From an uncultured euryarchaeote (GTDB lineage: Archaea; Thermoplasmatota; Poseidoniia; Poseidoniales; Poseidoniaceae), in NCBI GenBank assembly GCA_937892945.1, contig CALBIL010000039.1:5272-69271 (forward strand): 64,000 bases of DNA. Direction: 5' to 3'. Positions 60,160 to 64,000 of the stretch are shown here, piece by piece (the first letter of the stretch is position 1; each line of letters starts with the position of its first letter). The translations under genes were made by a program, and so were the position numbers. The notes beneath the pieces are model-generated. The model was not told the DNA's origin, made no database searches, and was given only the letters and a program-made list of their open reading frames with translations.

Positions 60160-61851
60160 TCAAAGATCAATCCGTGGAAGGCCAGCTTCCCCGGCATGTT
60201 CTGCATGGTGTGTTTTACTGTCTTTTAGTTCATCGAAAGAGATATCATCAAGCACAGGTACGTATTCTTGAGTTTCTTGAACTTCTTGTTCTAAGAACGG
60301 TTGCCGCCGTTCTAAATGTGCGAGCATATGTTGAATTTCACTGTCTGGTAAATTTCCTCCACGGGCTATTGACAGATTCTTAATTGATTCAATTGCTTCA
60401 GTTTGATGGTTCTGAGCCGAACGATGGCGAAGTTCTCGTGTTGAAGTGGAACCACTGTTCTGCTGACTTGTTGAGCGTCCGTTGAGTACCCGGTTTGCCA
60501 GAAGAGTTGCGTTCTCAATAAGATGGGCTGCTGCAGGGGCAACCATTTCACGAATTTTACTTGTTTGTCCTGATTGGCTTCGAGCCTTCGGGCGCAGGCG
60601 CGATTCCGAACGTAGTCCGGCCTTTGGGCGTAATCGACTGTTCACCTTTTGTCCACGCGTAATCTTTTGAGTTGGAATGTTTGGGATTTCTGGTGTATGG
60701 CGGCGTGCCTTTTGAATGAGTGATGTCTGTTCCTCAATTTCATGATTTGACAGTATGGCATCCGATGAACGGAACGCTTCAAGATCAGAATGTGCTTCCA
60801 TGGTGGTTGCCGAGGTATGGCCGGGGATATGTGCTCCTTCTTTCCCAACAAAACTCGGTAGATACATACTCGGTGTTTCAGTCGGTTGAGGTGCTTGGTT
60901 TTCGTGTGGCATATCGGCTTGAGATGCCTGTGCTATGTGATGATAGGAGGAGGATACTGGTGTTGGGTTTGAGTACGACTGATAAGGTGCGTGTTGATGA
61001 TTTTCTAATTGTTGTGGGTAGGGCTGAGGTTGAGTTATTGGTTGATGAGGCGAAGTTTCAATTGAGCCACGACGGCCTTGAGCATTTGCAATACCCCGTT
61101 TGAAAAGTCCATGCTCCGTTATTGAACGATCAGATTTCTCTGTTCGATGGTTGTTCTGCATTTGATTTGCAATTGTCTGTTCCATTTCATCAAAATCTAA
61201 TTCGATATTCTGGTCCATGGTGTTGTGCGAAAGGACTGAATTAGGTAGGTCATTCCCTGGGAGTTCGTCCGTAAGGAAAGATGAGATTGAGGTCGATGAA
61301 CTCAAATGCATAGGTTCGACTGGAACTTCTTGGAGATGCAACATGGCGGTCCGAGGATATTCTAATTCTCTGTTCAAAATATCCAAACCGATTCTTGCTT
61401 CTTCAAGTCCCATTCCACTTTCGAGTCGTTTGAGCAATGTTGACAATCGCATCAACGATGCATCGTTGCCTGTAATTGTGTGGCAGTCTCCAACTTCAGT
61501 ATCAAGAGTGAGTGTTGGTTTGCGGGTTCCAAACCAACCGATGATCATAGCCAAGCCTACGATGGCAGTCAAAATTTGCAGTGTATCGGGAATCAATATG
61601 CGTTCGGCTGCGTAAATCAAGGCACAACCAAACAACGCATAGGTAAAGGAAACAAGTCTGGTGTGATGGTGATGAACTCTCGTTATGTTTGAGAGGCGCA
61701 AATCCAATGCATGACCGCGCCGAGTTTCCAATGAAAGCATACGCTCATTAACAGAAGCTCGTACTTTACCCGAACCTGCCAAGTGCAACGCTCTGAAGAC
61801 CTCGTGGTCTTCTGCACTTACAGGACCTTCGTCCTCTACATTAATGCGCAT
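60160..61851 (-). CDS. Hypothetical membrane protein with long low-complexity C-terminal region
   Basis: Long ORF, two TM helices near the N-terminus, Q/P/S-rich tail. Confidence 0.72.
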   Translation of the reverse strand: MRINVEDEGPVSAEDHEVFRALHLAGSGKVRASVNERMLSLETRRGHALDLRLSNITRVHHHHTRLVSFTYALFGCALIYAAERILIPDTLQILTAIVGLAMIIGWFGTRKPTLTLDTEVGDCHTITGNDASLMRLSTLLKRLESGMGLEEARIGLDILNRELEYPRTAMLHLQEVPVEPMHLSSSTSISSFLTDELPGNDLPNSVLSHNTMDQNIELDFDEMEQTIANQMQNNHRTEKSDRSITEHGLFKRGIANAQGRRGSIETSPHQPITQPQPYPQQLENHQHAPYQSYSNPTPVSSSYHHIAQASQADMPHENQAPQPTETPSMYLPSFVGKEGAHIPGHTSATTMEAHSDLEAFRSSDAILSNHEIEEQTSLIQKARRHTPEIPNIPTQKITRGQKVNSRLRPKAGLRSESRLRPKARSQSGQTSKIREMVAPAAAHLIENATLLANRVLNGRSTSQQNSGSTSTRELRHRSAQNHQTEAIESIKNLSIARGGNLPDSEIQHMLAHLERRQPFLEQEVQETQEYVPVLDDISFDELKDSKTHHAEHAGEAGLPRIDL

Positions 61852-61934
61852 CCCAGCGCGCAAACCAATTGTGCTGGGTTATCAAACCACCGATTGTTCA
61901 GCGTATTTTAACGGCGATAACACTACCATTTTTT

Positions 61935-62969
61935 CTACGCCGACTCCTCGTTAAAGAGGGTGAGTATCGCGTTTCCCATGATGCGTGGCTTTGAGTCCAA
62001 TTGGGCAATCAATGTGGCCTCTGGATTTTCTCTGCGAATAAAGAGCGGAGCTTCCCAAACCACTTCCATTTCATTTCCGCTCACTGCGCCGACTCGGCCG
62101 ACGACAAATTGTAAATCGACACTTGCGTGTACGACATCACCTTCGGCCAGAATTCGCTTTTGGAAAGGTGAACGACTCAATTTCATCATTGACCGTTCAT
62201 GTGCGACGACTGCGAGAGGGATACTTGTGTTTGTTTTCTTATCTTCAACAGCAGGTCGAACCAAAAGAGTTCCACTGCCTAAGTGGTCTTCCTTGGCATT
62301 GCGTAAAGCAAGTCCAACTCGGTCACCAGCCACAGCTGCAGCCACATCATCATCCATCACTTGCAACGACTTGGCGTTTCCAGTTCCGTTTGCAGGCAGT
62401 AATACGAGTTCATCATGCACATTCACAGTGCCAGATTGAACATAGCCAATGGCGACCAAGCCAATACCCTTGACGTTGAAATGCTGGTCGATTGGAATCA
62501 CCAATGGTGCCGCTGCATTCAACGACAATATTTCCGACATGTCATCCATGTGTTGGTACAAAGTATTGCGTAATTGAATACCATCCATTGAACCGAATGT
62601 CCATTTTGCTAAACCTGCTTGCTTGAACAACATCTTGACTTGATCTTCATCGACCCATTCACCTTGTGGTGCATTGATGACTGCTATTCCATCAGTGATA
62701 TTGGCGCTGGCAAAAGCAACCAATGATTCTCCGAGGGTCGCATCAATCCCCGTTATCTCGAGAAGACCGACACGAGCGGCTGAAAGTGCATTCAAAAAGG
62801 GCCGGAGGCGTTCAGGATATTTCGCTGGCCGGATAATTGAAAGAATACGCGGGCCATCTTGACCGGGTTCTTTGTGAACATATGTGTGGACATCTCTTTG
62901 GTCTGTCGCTTTCGCAATCTCACGGGCTAATTCATCGGTCCCGATCATAGCGATATTGAGGACAGGCAT
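61935..62969 (-). CDS. Archaeal SelB-like translation factor (aSelBL) with degenerate G-domain
   Basis: YPERL..FLNAL, IDQHFNVKGIGLVAIG, KSLQVMD, GDRVGLAL, PRIMG; no GxxxxGKS P-loop. Confidence 0.8.
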   Translation of the reverse strand: MPVLNIAMIGTDELAREIAKATDQRDVHTYVHKEPGQDGPRILSIIRPAKYPERLRPFLNALSAARVGLLEITGIDATLGESLVAFASANITDGIAVINAPQGEWVDEDQVKMLFKQAGLAKWTFGSMDGIQLRNTLYQHMDDMSEILSLNAAAPLVIPIDQHFNVKGIGLVAIGYVQSGTVNVHDELVLLPANGTGNAKSLQVMDDDVAAAVAGDRVGLALRNAKEDHLGSGTLLVRPAVEDKKTNTSIPLAVVAHERSMMKLSRSPFQKRILAEGDVVHASVDLQFVVGRVGAVSGNEMEVVWEAPLFIRRENPEATLIAQLDSKPRIMGNAILTLFNEESA

Positions 62970-63011
62970 ACCTCGTCCACCAATATGGGTCACATGAAGG
63001 TAGGGGTAAAT

Positions 63012-63473
63012 TCACTTCTTCCGTTTTGCTAACATTTGTTCACGGATATTTTTTGCATGATCCCAATCCTCTTGTTCGGATTCATCTTCAACGACAAATT
63101 GAGGGATTGGAATGGGGCGCATCATTGAATCAATAGCGACGAAAAAGAAGAACCCTTCACAAATTTTCTTCTTTTCCCAATTGGCTTTATTGACGGCTAC
63201 AGCAGTAACTTTGGTACAGGCAGTATGGCTGCTGGTAAATACGACTTGTCCAGTCACTTCAAGTAAATCTCCTTGACGTGCTGGAGCAATGAATGTCAAC
63301 GCATCAATCGAAATAGTTACGAATTCCCTGTGAGCAAATTTCGCACATGCTATTCCGCCGGCTTTGTCCATGAGGGACAGTAACCTTCCACCGAACAAGG
63401 TGTCGTATGCATTCGTATCACCTGGGAAAACATGCTCAATGAGCATAGCGGCCTCTTTCGAGTAAGGTTCCAT
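63012..63473 (-). CDS. HotDog acyl-CoA thioesterase (YciA-like)
   Basis: VFPGDTN..TLFGG.LL..MD, FVAID. Confidence 0.9.
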   Translation of the reverse strand: MEPYSKEAAMLIEHVFPGDTNAYDTLFGGRLLSLMDKAGGIACAKFAHREFVTISIDALTFIAPARQGDLLEVTGQVVFTSSHTACTKVTAVAVNKANWEKKKICEGFFFFVAIDSMMRPIPIPQFVVEDESEQEDWDHAKNIREQMLAKRKK

Positions 63474-63563
63474 GGTTGGGCGATAAGGTTCTCCCTCAAG
63501 AACTCATGCGGAGTTCATAAGGTCAAGAGGTGGTTTCTTGACCTTGAGGCTGTGGCACCTGTT

Positions 63564-64000
63564 ATGGAGGATAAGATCTGTATTGCTTTAGTGTCAGGTG
63601 GCATCGATTCTCCTATCGCAGTAGCTCGAATGCTCAAACAAGGCTGGATCATTCATCCAGTTCATTGTACTCAAGAGCCAGTTACCGGCCCCGATGCAGA
63701 GCACAAAACGATTGCAGTACTACGTTTTTTGCTCGAATTAGAAGGTCCATTAGGGGATGCAGCACGTCGTCAAATCTCAAGAAAACTAACAGTCGTTCCT
63801 GTCGCAGAACAATTGGCCCTTTTTACTGAAAAATGGTGCCATACTGAATACTTTATTCACATGAAGCGTCTCTTCGGTTGTTTAGCAGAACAGGCAGGAA
63901 AAAATGTTGGTGCAACCCATATTTTGACAGGGGAGAATCTCGGGCAGGTTTCATCTCAAACTTTAGGAAACCTCGGGGCAATTGAAATGGTGACTTCTTT
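63564..64000 (+). CDS. thiI: ThiI-like PP-loop ATPase (partial; absent from the ORF track)
   Basis: Manual translation: MEDKICIALVSGGIDSPIA...ILTGENLGQVSSQTLGNL; open to the window end. Confidence 0.85.
   Translation, partial: MEDKICIALVSGGIDSPIAVARMLKQGWIIHPVHCTQEPVTGPDAEHKTIAVLRFLLELEGPLGDAARRQISRKLTVVPVAEQLALFTEKWCHTEYFIHMKRLFGCLAEQAGKNVGATHILTGENLGQVSSQTLGNLGAIEMVTS

Overview
A 64-kb archaeal chromosomal segment. Gene content (geranylgeranyl reductase, Hjc-like nuclease, MC1, archaeal presenilin homologue, Lhr, SelB-like factor, GGAGGTGA-type SD sites, GC-x-D-x(2)-ALNYN surface repeat, large acidic surface proteins) points to Marine Group II Euryarchaeota / Ca. Poseidoniales; this is an inference. 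It is densely coding: 47 complete CDS plus uvrB and a thiI-like gene truncated at the window edges. Contents include a quinone/lipid/cytochrome block (UbiA/MqnP, UbiD/MqnL, cupredoxin, GGR, CcmF), a leucine-catabolism carboxylase operon, serS, folC, Lhr, three membrane-associated proteases, a macrodomain-dacZ pair, two giant surface proteins, a mycobacterial-Sdh1-like succinate dehydrogenase, crtI and a flavodoxin-less CysJ. I found no rRNA, tRNA, CRISPR array or mobile element. Most notable: (i) a presenilin-type protease with a ~385-aa domain inserted in a predicted extracellular loop; (ii) nested domain insertions in a TIGR03790-family protein; (iii) a recurring non-canonical TT(G/C)A(A/T/G)(G/A) element 26-30 nt upstream of start codons; (iv) two G10 tracts; (v) a tetraloop-capped structured 3' region behind MC1. 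All family calls come from motif recognition, not database searches.
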